DNA from: Candidatus Falkowbacteria bacterium
Lineage (GTDB): Bacteria > Patescibacteriota > Patescibacteriia > Patescibacteriales > UBA12465
Length of the DNA stretch: 64,000 nucleotides
NCBI GenBank assembly: GCA_026396805.1
Contig: JAPLVZ010000009.1
Span: 4,058-68,057 of the forward strand
Direction of reading: 5' to 3'
This document shows positions 1 to 10,209 of this stretch, one piece after another (within the stretch, counting starts at the first letter, position 1; every line of letters starts with the position of its first letter). The position numbers were made by a program, and so were the translations under genes. Under the pieces are notes generated by a model that had not been told where the DNA came from, did no database searches, and saw nothing but the letters and a program-made list of their open reading frames with translations.

Positions 1-2
1 TG

Positions 3-527
3 TTTAAAAATGTCGACCGTTCCCAAATAATCAATAAAGTCTTAAGTGACGCCCCGGATGGATTATTGATATCGGGCGCAGGCGAAAACGGCGCCTATAT
101 CTTAACGCCGCGTTCGGGAAATTTTTCGGAAGTAAGGAATCTGGTTAAAAATATTTTTACCGCTTCCTCGGCCGAATCGGTCATGACTCCGGTCAAGAAG
201 ATAGTTAAAATTACCGATGCCGCCCAGGTAGTAATTTTAAACGGTACCTGGATCAGCGGCTTGGCCGGCAAAACCGCCGTCATCCTTGAGCAATCCGGTT
301 TTATAATTTCAAAAATCGGCAACGCTCCGGAAAGGAATTATACTCAAACCACCGTTTATAGTTTAGCGACCTCCACTGTCAAAGAAAAATCTCTTAAGAC
401 TCTAGAAACATTGGTTGGCGCCGCTCAATCTTTTAATTTTCCGGCCTGGATAAGCGATTATCAAGCCACCAGCACTGCTCCCGACTTCTTGTTGGTTATT
501 GGCACGGACGCCAATAAAGCCGAATAA
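3..527 (+). CDS. LCP (LytR-CpsA-Psr) family protein, C-terminal part with LytR_C domain; 5' truncated by window edge
   Basis: Frame is open from base 3. Contains VVILNGTWISGLAG...GNA and LLVIGTD, typical of LytR_C. Confidence 0.75.
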   Translation, partial: FKNVDRSQIINKVLSDAPDGLLISGAGENGAYILTPRSGNFSEVRNLVKNIFTASSAESVMTPVKKIVKITDAAQVVILNGTWISGLAGKTAVILEQSGFIISKIGNAPERNYTQTTVYSLATSTVKEKSLKTLETLVGAAQSFNFPAWISDYQATSTAPDFLLVIGTDANKAE

Positions 528-535
528 ACAAAAAT

Positions 536-1963
536 ATGGAAAACCTCAATAAAAACCTGCCCCTCGTCGTCATCTGCGGCCGGACTAATGTCGGCAAATC
601 CACCCTTTTTAATTGCTTGGTCGAAAAAAGACAAGCCTTGATTTCTGATATCGCCGGGACGACTCGCGACAGTAATTTAGGCACGGTCGAATGGTCCGGC
701 AGCGCTTTTGATTTGGTGGATACAGCCGGAATAATTGATTCACGCGCTTTAAGCAATCGGAAAATAACTGAAGATGACATTGACAGCCAAACGCAAAAAC
801 AAGCCAGAAATTATCTTAACCAAGCGGACTTGATTATATTTTTAGTGGACGCAAAAACCGGATTATTACCGGAAGACAAAACCATGGCGGCCGGCTTCAA
901 AAAAAATTCCGAGTACCGCCAGAAAACTTTAGTGGTCGCCAATAAGATAGATAATTTTAAAAACGCTTCCGAGGCGGCACAATTCAACCGACTCGGGTTA
1001 GGAGAACCGCGGATCATTTCCGCGGCCAGCGGACTGGGCACCGGCGACCTCTTGGACACTATTATCGACAAGCTGGATAAGCCGAGAAAAAATAAAAAAA
1101 TAGCGGAAGAAGACACAAACGGAATAAATGTTTGTATCATCGGCAAACCGAACGTCGGCAAGTCATCTCTATTAAACGCCATTCTCGGTTATGAGAGAGT
1201 TATCGTCAGCCCGGTTGCTCACACCACTCGCGAATCGCAAAATACCAAAATAATTTATAAGGGCGAAAATATCACCCTGGTAGATACGGCCGGAATCGCC
1301 CGTCATAGCCGCAACACCATCGGTTTTGAAAAACTGGGCGTACAAAAATCTTTAAAATCTTTAGAAAGGGCGGATATCGCCCTCCTAGTCATGGATATCA
1401 GCGAACCGATAACCCATCAGGACGCCAAACTTATCCAAGAGATAAAAGATCGGGGAAAGAGCCTGGTCTTCATCGCCAATAAATGGGATAAACTGGAAAA
1501 TAGGGATACCAAGAAATGGACGGAAATAATTTACGATAAGCTGCCGTTTGCGACCTGGGCCCCCATCCAATTCATTTCCGCTAAGACCGGCGAGAAGGTT
1601 AATAAGATTTTAGATTTGATTATCACGATCGCGACCCAGAGAAAATTGGAATTGAGCGATTCGCAATGTGACAAATTCATGAAAGCGGTCGTTAAGATCC
1701 ATAAACCGGCCAAAGGAAAGGGACTGAAGGCGCCGCGGATTTATGAATTCCGCCAGAAGGATCATAACCCGCCATCTTTTATCGTCAGAATAGGGCCGAA
1801 CGACGATCTTCATTTCTCTTACGTTCGTTTTATGGAAAATCGTCTGCGGGAACGCTTTGGTTTTACCGGAACGCCGCTTAGTGTCCGCGTTACAAAAAAT
1901 AAAAAATCACATACGACCTATAATGAAGCGCCAAACAGGAAATCAACCAGTAACGAAGAATAA
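536..1963 (+). CDS. der: Ribosome biogenesis GTPase Der (EngA)
   Basis: Two tandem G domains (GRTNVGKS, DTAG, NKID; GKPNVGKS, DTAG, NKWD) and a KH-like tail. Confidence 0.97.
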   Translation: MENLNKNLPLVVICGRTNVGKSTLFNCLVEKRQALISDIAGTTRDSNLGTVEWSGSAFDLVDTAGIIDSRALSNRKITEDDIDSQTQKQARNYLNQADLIIFLVDAKTGLLPEDKTMAAGFKKNSEYRQKTLVVANKIDNFKNASEAAQFNRLGLGEPRIISAASGLGTGDLLDTIIDKLDKPRKNKKIAEEDTNGINVCIIGKPNVGKSSLLNAILGYERVIVSPVAHTTRESQNTKIIYKGENITLVDTAGIARHSRNTIGFEKLGVQKSLKSLERADIALLVMDISEPITHQDAKLIQEIKDRGKSLVFIANKWDKLENRDTKKWTEIIYDKLPFATWAPIQFISAKTGEKVNKILDLIITIATQRKLELSDSQCDKFMKAVVKIHKPAKGKGLKAPRIYEFRQKDHNPPSFIVRIGPNDDLHFSYVRFMENRLRERFGFTGTPLSVRVTKNKKSHTTYNEAPNRKSTSNEE

Positions 1964-1964
1964 T

Positions 1965-2513
1965 ATGAAAATCATCGTCGGCCTGGGCAATCCCGGGGAA
2001 CAATATAAGAGCGCGCGCCATAATACCGGTTGGCTGATTTTAGATAATCTTCTCGGCGACGTGAACTGGTCGGAGAATAAGAAATTCAACGCGCTTCTTT
2101 ATAAAGACGGCGATTTTTTATTCGTCAAACCATTGACCTTCATGAATGAATCAGGAACCAGCGTCCGAAAAATATTGGATTACTACGGGCTGCTGCCAAA
2201 AAACTTCGGCTTGATTAAAAAGAAAGACGCGGATTTACAAAACATTCTGACGGTTATTCATGACGACTTAGATTTAAATTTTGGAGACTATAAAATCGCC
2301 ACGGATTCCGGCAGCGCCGGACATCGAGGCGTCCAGTCGATTATTGATCATTTAAAAACTAAAAAATTCACTCGTCTGCGCTGCGGCATTAAAAATGACC
2401 TGCTCCGAACGCATGTTCCGCCCGATAAATTCGTTCTAGATAATTTCAGCGGCGAAGAGAAAATCAAGCTTAAAGAATTATCATCCCAACTCAATATAAA
2501 AGATATAAAATAA
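1965..2513 (+). CDS. pth: Peptidyl-tRNA hydrolase
   Basis: MKIIVGLGNPG, RHNTG, KPLTFMNESG, HDDLD, GSAGHRG. Start moved to ATG 1965. Confidence 0.96.
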   Translation: MKIIVGLGNPGEQYKSARHNTGWLILDNLLGDVNWSENKKFNALLYKDGDFLFVKPLTFMNESGTSVRKILDYYGLLPKNFGLIKKKDADLQNILTVIHDDLDLNFGDYKIATDSGSAGHRGVQSIIDHLKTKKFTRLRCGIKNDLLRTHVPPDKFVLDNFSGEEKIKLKELSSQLNIKDIK

Positions 2514-2517
2514 ACAT

Positions 2518-2548
2518 AAAATCCTCCTAAAAAATTTAGGGGGATTTT
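2518..2548 (+). terminator. Intrinsic terminator hairpin after pth
   Basis: AAAATCCTCCTAAA / TTTAGGGGGATTTT inverted repeat. Confidence 0.7.
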
Positions 2549-2559
2549 ATTAAATTATT

Positions 2560-3711
2560 ATGAACCACGAAAACATCACCTACGAAGACAAATATTATTA
2601 TTTAGCCTTCAGCTATTTCCAAAAAATCGGACCGGTAAATATGAAACGACTGGAGAAATTTTTTCCTGATATGCACCAGGCCTGGTTCGCTAACGCCTGG
2701 GAATTGGAACGCGCCGGCCTCAACCCCTCTTTAGCGGACGCTTTTATAAACTGGAGAAAATCCTCGGCGGCTTCCATCGCCAATATAATCAGTGAACTAA
2801 AAAAAGAAGAAATTTCTTTCATCACTTGGAAAGACCCTGATTATCCGGCTCTGCTTAAAGAAATAGCGGTTCCGCCGCCGGTCTTATATTATAAAGGAGA
2901 AATTGAAAGTAGCGCGAAGAGACGTCTGGCAGTCGTCGGTTCCAGAAAATTCAGCGCCTACGGAAGTAAGGCCATCGCCGAATTATTACCGGGAGTAATT
3001 GAATCAGAAATAGAAATTATCAGCGGTTTGGCCTTAGGAATAGACGCTTTAGCGCACCAAAAAACTTTAGAACTGGGAGGAAAAACTTGGGCGGTCCTCG
3101 GTTCCGGCCTGGACTTTAAAAATATTTATCCGGCCGCCAACCGCCGTTTAGCGGAAAATATCATTAATCATGGCGGCGCCCTGATTTCCGAATTTCCGCC
3201 AGGTACTCCGCCCCATAAACAAAACTTCCCGCAACGCAATCGCATTATCGCCGGATTAGCGCAAGCGACCTTAATCGTTGAAGCGCCGATAAAATCCGGC
3301 GCCTTAATCACAGCCGACTGGGCCTTAGAAGAAAATCGGGAAGTCTTGGCCGTGCCGGGAAATATCTTCGCCGAATTTTCCGCCGGCCCCAATAAACTGA
3401 TTAAATCCGGCGCCAGACCGATAACTGCCACCGCCGATATTCTAGAGGTCTACGGATTAAACGACGACAGTGACAGAAATAATAAAATTAAAAAACGCCT
3501 CGCCGGAAGGCCGCTCTTTTTTCCAAAAAACGAAAACGAAGCTATAATCTATAAAATATTAAAGGAAACATCGGAACGCGCGGAAAAAATCAGTTCCGAT
3601 GAAATAATCAGAAAAACAAACCTTGACACCGCGGTCGTAAATAGTACACTAAGTATATTGGAAATCCAAGGGATTGCTAAAAATAGCGAATACGGTTATG
3701 ATTTAAATTAA
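2560..3711 (+). CDS. dprA: DNA-processing protein DprA
   Basis: AVVGSR, ISGLALGIDALAH, FPQRNRIIAGL, SGALITA motifs; dprA-topA synteny. Confidence 0.96.
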   Translation: MNHENITYEDKYYYLAFSYFQKIGPVNMKRLEKFFPDMHQAWFANAWELERAGLNPSLADAFINWRKSSAASIANIISELKKEEISFITWKDPDYPALLKEIAVPPPVLYYKGEIESSAKRRLAVVGSRKFSAYGSKAIAELLPGVIESEIEIISGLALGIDALAHQKTLELGGKTWAVLGSGLDFKNIYPAANRRLAENIINHGGALISEFPPGTPPHKQNFPQRNRIIAGLAQATLIVEAPIKSGALITADWALEENREVLAVPGNIFAEFSAGPNKLIKSGARPITATADILEVYGLNDDSDRNNKIKKRLAGRPLFFPKNENEAIIYKILKETSERAEKISSDEIIRKTNLDTAVVNSTLSILEIQGIAKNSEYGYDLN

Positions 3712-3725
3712 ATTATCTTGCTCTT

Positions 3726-5951
3726 ATGACTTTAATAATCGTCGAGTCTCCAACCAAGGCCAAAACCATCGGTAAATTCCTGGGCCAAGAATACCAAGTC
3801 GAATCTTCATTCGGCCATATTCGCGATCTTCCCAAAAGTGAAATGGGCGTCGATATTGAAAATGGTTTCACGCCCAAATATGTCATCCCGACCAAGGCTA
3901 AAAAAATCGTCAGCGGCTTAAAGGCCGACGCCAAAAAAGCTTCGGAAGTCATTTTGGCGTCTGATGAAGACCGTGAAGGAGAAGCAATCTCTTGGCATCT
4001 GATTCAGGCTCTAGGATTAGATGAAAAAAAGACTAAGAGAATCGCTTTCCATGAAATTACTAAAAATGCCATTCTAGAAGCCCTGGAAAAACCGCGCCCG
4101 CTTGATTTAAATATGGTTGACGCGCAACAAGCGCGTCGCGTGCTTGATCGCCTGGTCGGTTATGAATTATCCCCCTTCTTATGGAAAAAGGTGGCCAAGG
4201 GCTTATCCGCCGGCCGCGTCCAAAGCGTCGCTACTCGTTTGATAGTCGAAAGGGAACGAGAAATCCAGGCCTTTATCCCGGAAGAATATTGGAGCTTATC
4301 GGCCGATTTCAGCGGCGGGACAGAGACAGAAAAATTTACCGCTGATTTATATAAAATCCGCGACAAAACTTTTGACAAGCTGAAAATAAAAAAAACCGAC
4401 GCGGAGGAGTTAAAAAAAATCCTCCAACCGGCCGATTATACCATCGACAAAATAGAAAAAAAGCAGGTCAGCAAGAATCCGGGCGCGCCTTTCACGACTT
4501 CGACTTTGCAGCAATCCGCTAATCGCCACCTCGGATTCAGCGCCAAACAAACCATGGCCGTCGCCCAAAAACTATATGAAGAAGGGCATATTACCTACAT
4601 GCGAACCGATTCGCTTAATCTGTCTCCGAAGTTCTTAGGCGAAGCCGAGGCCTGGCTTAAGAAAAATTTAGGCGCCGATTACGCGGTCAAGGGCGGACGT
4701 GTTTTTAAAAATAAAAGCAAAAACGCTCAAGAGGCTCATGAAGCGATTCGCCCGACCGAAGCCCATAATACTCCGGAAGAGTTGGGGGCTAAATTGGATA
4801 AAAGCCAAGAACGTTTATACCGCCTAATCTGGCAAAGAGCGGTTGCCAGCCAAATGCCGGCCGCTAAACTGGCCGCGACCGCTATCGACGTCAAGGCCGT
4901 GGACGATAAAGAAATTTATATTTTCCGCGCTAACGGGCAGATGCTGGTTTTTCCCGGTTATCTGAAAATCTGGCCGGAAAATACTAAAGAACAGGAATTG
5001 CCGCTCTTAGAAGAAAAACAATCCATCGCCTTACTGGATTTGCGTTCCGACCAGCATTCCACCAATCCGCCGGCGCGATATTCGGACGCCAGCCTGGTCA
5101 AGGAATTGGAAAAACATGGCATCGGCCGTCCGTCCACTTACGCGCCGACCATCAATACGATCATTGTCCGCAATTACGTGGAACGCGATGACAACAAAAA
5201 ACTTAAACCGACCAGTATCGCTTTTGTCGTCACCGATTTACTGTTGAATCACTTCCCAAAAATCGTCGATTACCAATTCACCGCCGCTATGGAAAATAAT
5301 TTAGACCTCATCGCCGACGGAAAAAAGGGCTGGCAACCGGTCATCGGCGATTTTTACAAAGACTTTCACGATAATTTACAAAAAAAATATATGGAAATCA
5401 ATAAAAATGATATTATGCCGGAAGAAAAATCAAGCGAAATCTGCGATAAATGCGGCGCGGCGATGGTCATTAAAACCGGGCGTTATGGAAAATTTCTGGC
5501 TTGCGGCGCGTTTCCCGATTGCCGCAATATTAAAAAAATGACTGGCGACCAGGGCGGCGAAAAAAAAGAACCGGACGCGAAGACCTTAGAACTGGAAAAA
5601 AAATACGCCGGCAAAGTCTGCGCTAAATGCGGCGCGGCGATGAAAGTAAGAGTAGGGAAGTATGGTCCGTTCCTGGCCTGCTCCGCTTATCCGAAATGTA
5701 AAAATATTAAAAATATCGCCCAGCCCGGAGACGGCCAAGAGGTTGCCTGTCCGATTTGCGGCGACGGTAAAATCGTTAAAAAATTCAGCAAACGTGGCGC
5801 CTTTTACGCTTGTAGTAATTATCCGAAATGTAAAAACGCTTATTGGGGCCAGCCGACCGGAGAAAAATGCCCGGATTGCGAAGCCTTGCTGGTTACCGAT
5901 AAAAACGGAGAAATCAAATGCAGTAATCGCGGCTGTACCTATAAAAAATAA
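3726..5951 (+). CDS. topA: DNA topoisomerase I with C-terminal zinc ribbons
   Basis: IVESPTKAKTI, DEDREGE, SAGRVQS, ITYMRTDS; repeated C4 zinc ribbons. Confidence 0.98.
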   Translation: MTLIIVESPTKAKTIGKFLGQEYQVESSFGHIRDLPKSEMGVDIENGFTPKYVIPTKAKKIVSGLKADAKKASEVILASDEDREGEAISWHLIQALGLDEKKTKRIAFHEITKNAILEALEKPRPLDLNMVDAQQARRVLDRLVGYELSPFLWKKVAKGLSAGRVQSVATRLIVEREREIQAFIPEEYWSLSADFSGGTETEKFTADLYKIRDKTFDKLKIKKTDAEELKKILQPADYTIDKIEKKQVSKNPGAPFTTSTLQQSANRHLGFSAKQTMAVAQKLYEEGHITYMRTDSLNLSPKFLGEAEAWLKKNLGADYAVKGGRVFKNKSKNAQEAHEAIRPTEAHNTPEELGAKLDKSQERLYRLIWQRAVASQMPAAKLAATAIDVKAVDDKEIYIFRANGQMLVFPGYLKIWPENTKEQELPLLEEKQSIALLDLRSDQHSTNPPARYSDASLVKELEKHGIGRPSTYAPTINTIIVRNYVERDDNKKLKPTSIAFVVTDLLLNHFPKIVDYQFTAAMENNLDLIADGKKGWQPVIGDFYKDFHDNLQKKYMEINKNDIMPEEKSSEICDKCGAAMVIKTGRYGKFLACGAFPDCRNIKKMTGDQGGEKKEPDAKTLELEKKYAGKVCAKCGAAMKVRVGKYGPFLACSAYPKCKNIKNIAQPGDGQEVACPICGDGKIVKKFSKRGAFYACSNYPKCKNAYWGQPTGEKCPDCEALLVTDKNGEIKCSNRGCTYKK

Positions 5952-5965
5952 TCTTGCCGGATACG

Positions 5966-6000
5966 AAAGAGCCCCTTCATTTTCAGAATGGGGCTCTTTT
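5966..6000. terminator. Bidirectional terminator between convergent genes
   Basis: AAAGAGCCCC...GGGGCTCTTTT inverted repeat. Confidence 0.75.
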
Positions 6001-6050
6001 ATTTTTTAAAATCTTCGTTCTTGATTTATTTTCTTACCGGTCTATCCGGT

Positions 6051-6344
6051 CTATTTCTTCTTAGACGAGGCTTTCTTGTCTCTTTTGGCTTGGACGAATT
6101 CCATCGCCTTCTTGGCGATTTCTCCTAAAATCATAAAGTAAGTGGCGCTATTTTTCAACTTGTCTTTAGCCAGATCGATAATTCCTTCCGCTTTAATCAC
6201 GCCATTCTCCACCCTTTTAATCAACTTATGGATTTTTTGGACGCTGGCGACAAAATAATAAATCGCCCAACATAAGAAGAAAGTTAGTAGAGCCAAACAG
6301 ACGGCTAAAACCAGATTTAAGATGTCGCTCGAAGTGGAAAACAT
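6051..6344 (-). CDS. Small membrane-anchored hypothetical protein
   Basis: One N-terminal TM helix then a coiled region; co-oriented with pheT. Confidence 0.7.
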   Translation of the reverse strand: MFSTSSDILNLVLAVCLALLTFFLCWAIYYFVASVQKIHKLIKRVENGVIKAEGIIDLAKDKLKNSATYFMILGEIAKKAMEFVQAKRDKKASSKKK

Positions 6345-6361
6345 ATTTTTTATTTAATGAT

Positions 6362-8791
6362 TTAAAAGTCTCTTAGTTTCGCTTCAAATTTATGCGCCAG
6401 ATAAGTGATTAGCGCGGCCTGGATCTTATCAACTTCTTCGGCAACCAGGGTCCGGTCTTCAGCTCGATAAGATAAATGGAACGCCAAGCTTTTCTGTCCG
6501 CCGGCTAATTTATTTCCGATATAAACATCAAACAGTTCGACTGATTTGATAAGCGGATTAAATCGGCTTATTTCCCTCCTCAAATCATTATACAATATTT
6601 TGTTCGGGGCGACAAAGGCCAGATCGCGCATTACCGGCGGATATTTCGGCGCTTCGACGCAACGGAAAGACGGCTGGTTAAGAATCAGTTCAACCAACTT
6701 ATTAAAATTTAGTTCCGCTAAAGCCGTCGCTTTCTTTAAATTCAGGTTAGCGGTCGCTTCCTGGCTAAGCAAACCGATAACCCCCAATTCCTGGCCTAGA
6801 ACCACGACTTTAGCCGCTGAATATTTATCCGCCCAACCGGGAAGATTATCAAGAACCAAAAATTCCGTTTCTATCCCCGAATTAAATAAATTCTTAAACA
6901 AGCTATTAATAACGCTTTTTAGGCGGCCGAGCAAATCACCCTCTCCGGCAAGAACGAGCCCGAGACGTTTCTCCTGATAAGGTAAAAAATTTCCCTCGAT
7001 ATTATCTTTTATTACATTACCCATCGTTTTAAAGAAAACGTTGCCGATTTCGAAAAAACCGAAATCATCGCTCTTAAACTGATTAGTCTTGATGTTGGCG
7101 ACCAGCCCGGGCGTAAGCGACTGGCGCAAAAGATTCTGGATTCCGGAAAGAGGATTGGCCAGCTTAAGATAATTGAAAAAATCGATATTTAATTTCTTCA
7201 GTTGATCTTCGCCGACAAAAGAATAATTATAAGCTTCGCTAAGAGAGCCCTTCAGACACAGAATATTTTTTATTTTCCTCTCTATCTTCCCGGTCTCGTT
7301 AACTTCCGGCAAAGCCATCGCCAAAACCGGCAACCGCGCCTCAATCTTATCATAGCCGTAAAGCCTTAAAACTTCTTCGGCTAAATCTTCTTTGCTGGAA
7401 ATATCTTTAGTCGCGCGCCAAGAAGGGATAGAAACTTTCAAAATTTCCTCTTTTTTGCCGTCTAAGGAAAAACCAAGCTTTTCCAAAATACTAATAACGT
7501 TATCACGGGGAATCTCCTGACCGATCTTATTCTTCAGCCAATTTAAATCCAATTCAACCGTTGATTGCTTCTGATCCGCGTTATTGATATCTACTAGAGG
7601 GCTGGCTATCTTCATGCTCGGACAGATTTCTTTTAAGAGCGCCAGGAAACGAAAAATAGCGATTTCAGGCAGAACCGGGTCCAGGGCTTTTTCAAAACGG
7701 ATTGATGACTCGGTGCGCAAATTCAATTTTTGCGAAGTTTTACGGACAGTGGCGGCGGCAAAATTAGCGGATTCCAAAATCAATTCCTTGGTTCCAGGAG
7801 TTATCTCACTGCTGCGCCCGCCCATGATACCGGCCAAAGCCACGGTTTGACGGCCATCGGTAATAACCAAATCATCAACCGATAAAACCCGTTCTTTCTC
7901 GTCTAGAGTTTCTATTGTTTCATTTTTCTCCGCCTGACGGACAAGAATTTTTTTCATTTTCGCGGCGTCAAAGGCATGCAGCGGCTGGCCGCAATCGAAC
8001 ATGACATAATTAGTCAAATCCACGATATTATTAATCGGACGCTGATTAACGGCCACTAATCTTTCCTTGAGCCAAGCCGGCGATTCCTTAATTTCTAGGC
8101 CGCTTACCTTAACCGCCAGGTAACGCGGGCAGGCGTCAGGAGCCGAGACTTTCACTTCCAGTTGGTTATTTTTAGCATCCAAAAAATCCTCTTGGCGAGC
8201 GAACTTTTTTTCATAAGGCAACAGGCGCAGGTTAAAAATGGCCGCCAGTTCGCGCGCTAAGCCATAATGGTTTAAAAGGTCCGGCCGGTTAGATAAGGAT
8301 TTATTATCTATCTCAAAAACAATATCATCGGCCTTCAAATATTTAGCGAACGCTTCTCCGATTTTAGCGTTTTCTTTTAAGACCATTATCACCTCGTGAT
8401 TTTTGCCCAATCCTAATTCATCCTCGGCGCAAATCATTCCTTCCGATTTCTGACCGCGAATCAAAGATTCTTTTATTTCCAGGCCGTTAGGCAGGAGCGC
8501 TCCGATCATGGCGATTGCCACCATCTGCCCGGGAGCGACATTCGGCGCGCCGCAGACGATATTCAGTTTTTTCTTTTTGACGTCCACGACGGTCAGGCGC
8601 AAGCGATCGGCGTTGGGGTGTTTAATGACTGATAAAACTTTTCCGACGACAATTTTATTGAATTGCTGCGCGGAATTAATCAAGCCTTCGACTTCAACCG
8701 TATGATTAGTCAATTCCTGGGCGATATCTTCCGGCTTTATTTTTGACGGAATCTTTACGTAGTCTTTCAACCAATTAAGCGATATATACAT
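6362..8791 (-). CDS. pheT: Phenylalanine-tRNA ligase beta subunit
   Basis: HPNADRL, CGAPNV, NRPD, GQPLHAFD, RFEK and a C-terminal FDX-ACB domain. Confidence 0.98.
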   Translation of the reverse strand: MYISLNWLKDYVKIPSKIKPEDIAQELTNHTVEVEGLINSAQQFNKIVVGKVLSVIKHPNADRLRLTVVDVKKKKLNIVCGAPNVAPGQMVAIAMIGALLPNGLEIKESLIRGQKSEGMICAEDELGLGKNHEVIMVLKENAKIGEAFAKYLKADDIVFEIDNKSLSNRPDLLNHYGLARELAAIFNLRLLPYEKKFARQEDFLDAKNNQLEVKVSAPDACPRYLAVKVSGLEIKESPAWLKERLVAVNQRPINNIVDLTNYVMFDCGQPLHAFDAAKMKKILVRQAEKNETIETLDEKERVLSVDDLVITDGRQTVALAGIMGGRSSEITPGTKELILESANFAAATVRKTSQKLNLRTESSIRFEKALDPVLPEIAIFRFLALLKEICPSMKIASPLVDINNADQKQSTVELDLNWLKNKIGQEIPRDNVISILEKLGFSLDGKKEEILKVSIPSWRATKDISSKEDLAEEVLRLYGYDKIEARLPVLAMALPEVNETGKIERKIKNILCLKGSLSEAYNYSFVGEDQLKKLNIDFFNYLKLANPLSGIQNLLRQSLTPGLVANIKTNQFKSDDFGFFEIGNVFFKTMGNVIKDNIEGNFLPYQEKRLGLVLAGEGDLLGRLKSVINSLFKNLFNSGIETEFLVLDNLPGWADKYSAAKVVVLGQELGVIGLLSQEATANLNLKKATALAELNFNKLVELILNQPSFRCVEAPKYPPVMRDLAFVAPNKILYNDLRREISRFNPLIKSVELFDVYIGNKLAGGQKSLAFHLSYRAEDRTLVAEEVDKIQAALITYLAHKFEAKLRDF

Positions 8792-8795
8792 ATAA

Positions 8796-9824
8796 TTAAA
8801 ATTGCTCTAAAAATTTAAGGTCGCCGCTATTAAACAGACGAATATCGTTAATATTATATTTCAACATCGCCAAGCGATTCAAACCAAAACCGAAAGCCAG
8901 CCCCGAATATATTTCCGGATCAATGCCGCCGGCGCGGAGAACTTCCGGGTGAATCAAACCGGCGCCGACTATTTCCAGCCAGCCGGTCTGCTTACAGACG
9001 CGACAGCCGCTTCCTTGGCACAAGAAACAAGTATATTCGCCGTTATTACCAGGTTCGACAAAAGGAAAGAATTTCGGACGCATCCTTAATTTAGTGTTCG
9101 GTCCGAATAAACGTTGTCCGACTATTTCCAAAAAACTTTTTAAATTGGCAAAATTAATATTTTCACCGATGAGTAGCCCTTCCACCTGATAAAAAGTATG
9201 TTCATGGCGCGCGTCCGTCGCTTCGTTCCTGAAACAGCGTCCGGGAATAAGCGCTTTAAGAGGTGCGCCATATTTCTGCATCGCCCTGATCTGAACCGGG
9301 GAAGTCTGGGTGCGCATCAATAAATCATAGTGGCCGTCCTTATTCTTATAATCAACATAAAAGGTGTCTTGCATATCTCTGGCGGGGTGGTTCGGCGGAA
9401 TATTAAGCGCGGTGAAGTTATAATAATCGCTTTCCAGCTCCGGACCGTCGAGAATCATAAAACCTAAAGATGAAAAAATGTCTTCCAGTTCATTCTGGAC
9501 AAGAGTGATCGGATTCAAATGACCTTGCGCCAGATTGGCACCGGGCAAGGTAACATCGATTTCATTATTTTTCGCGACTAGATTATTCAAAGATTTGCTC
9601 AGCGCGTTAAATTTTTCTTGCAGTTCCTTCTTGACGTTATTAGCCAGTTCGCCCGCTTCTTTTTTGAGATCGACGTTTAAATCCTTGAGCCCGCCCATTA
9701 ATTCGCTTAATCGTCCACGGCGCGACAAAAATTTCAATTCTAATTCCTTTAAATGCTCATTAGTCTTGACTCGCGCCAATTGTTCCAGAAATTCGTCGCG
9801 CAATTGATTAAATTTGTTTTTCAT
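8796..9824 (-). CDS. pheS: Phenylalanine-tRNA ligase alpha subunit
   Basis: HPARDMQDTFY, FPFVEP, GLAFGFGLNR. Confidence 0.98.
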   Translation of the reverse strand: MKNKFNQLRDEFLEQLARVKTNEHLKELELKFLSRRGRLSELMGGLKDLNVDLKKEAGELANNVKKELQEKFNALSKSLNNLVAKNNEIDVTLPGANLAQGHLNPITLVQNELEDIFSSLGFMILDGPELESDYYNFTALNIPPNHPARDMQDTFYVDYKNKDGHYDLLMRTQTSPVQIRAMQKYGAPLKALIPGRCFRNEATDARHEHTFYQVEGLLIGENINFANLKSFLEIVGQRLFGPNTKLRMRPKFFPFVEPGNNGEYTCFLCQGSGCRVCKQTGWLEIVGAGLIHPEVLRAGGIDPEIYSGLAFGFGLNRLAMLKYNINDIRLFNSGDLKFLEQF

Positions 9825-9828
9825 ATTT

Positions 9829-10209
9829 TTATCGGCTGGTTTTATAACTTATTAAAAATAGCTCCAGGATAGAAAAAATTATTATAAGCAGTAAAAGGTT
9901 GAGCCAATTAAACAGACCGGCGGCCTTTAAGATTAAGAGCAGGATTATGAACAAGGAAAATAAGAATGACTGGCGGAACGCCACTTTGACGGAATTAAAA
10001 GCCAATTCTTTTTTTATAACCACGAAACGGAATAGAAAACCGATTAAGGCGATAATCCCGCTTAAGGAGGCGAAAAGAGCCAGATAAAATAATAGAAAAC
10101 CCAGCCAGTTAGTCGCCGTCGGGTCGACGATGCCGGCCACGAACAGAAAAATTCCCCAGCAGACAGCGGTCAGGACGGACATGACCCATAAATATTTCTT
10201 TAAAGTCAT
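9829..10209 (-). CDS. Four-TM hypothetical membrane protein
   Basis: Four hydrophobic segments; start overlaps the valS stop (translational coupling). Confidence 0.75.
   Translation of the reverse strand: MTLKKYLWVMSVLTAVCWGIFLFVAGIVDPTATNWLGFLLFYLALFASLSGIIALIGFLFRFVVIKKELAFNSVKVAFRQSFLFSLFIILLLILKAAGLFNWLNLLLLIIIFSILELFLISYKTSR

Noticed and set aside
1857..1964. N-terminal extension of pth from the ORF track
   Set aside because: Overlaps der; the conserved Pth start MKIIVGLGNPG begins at 1965.
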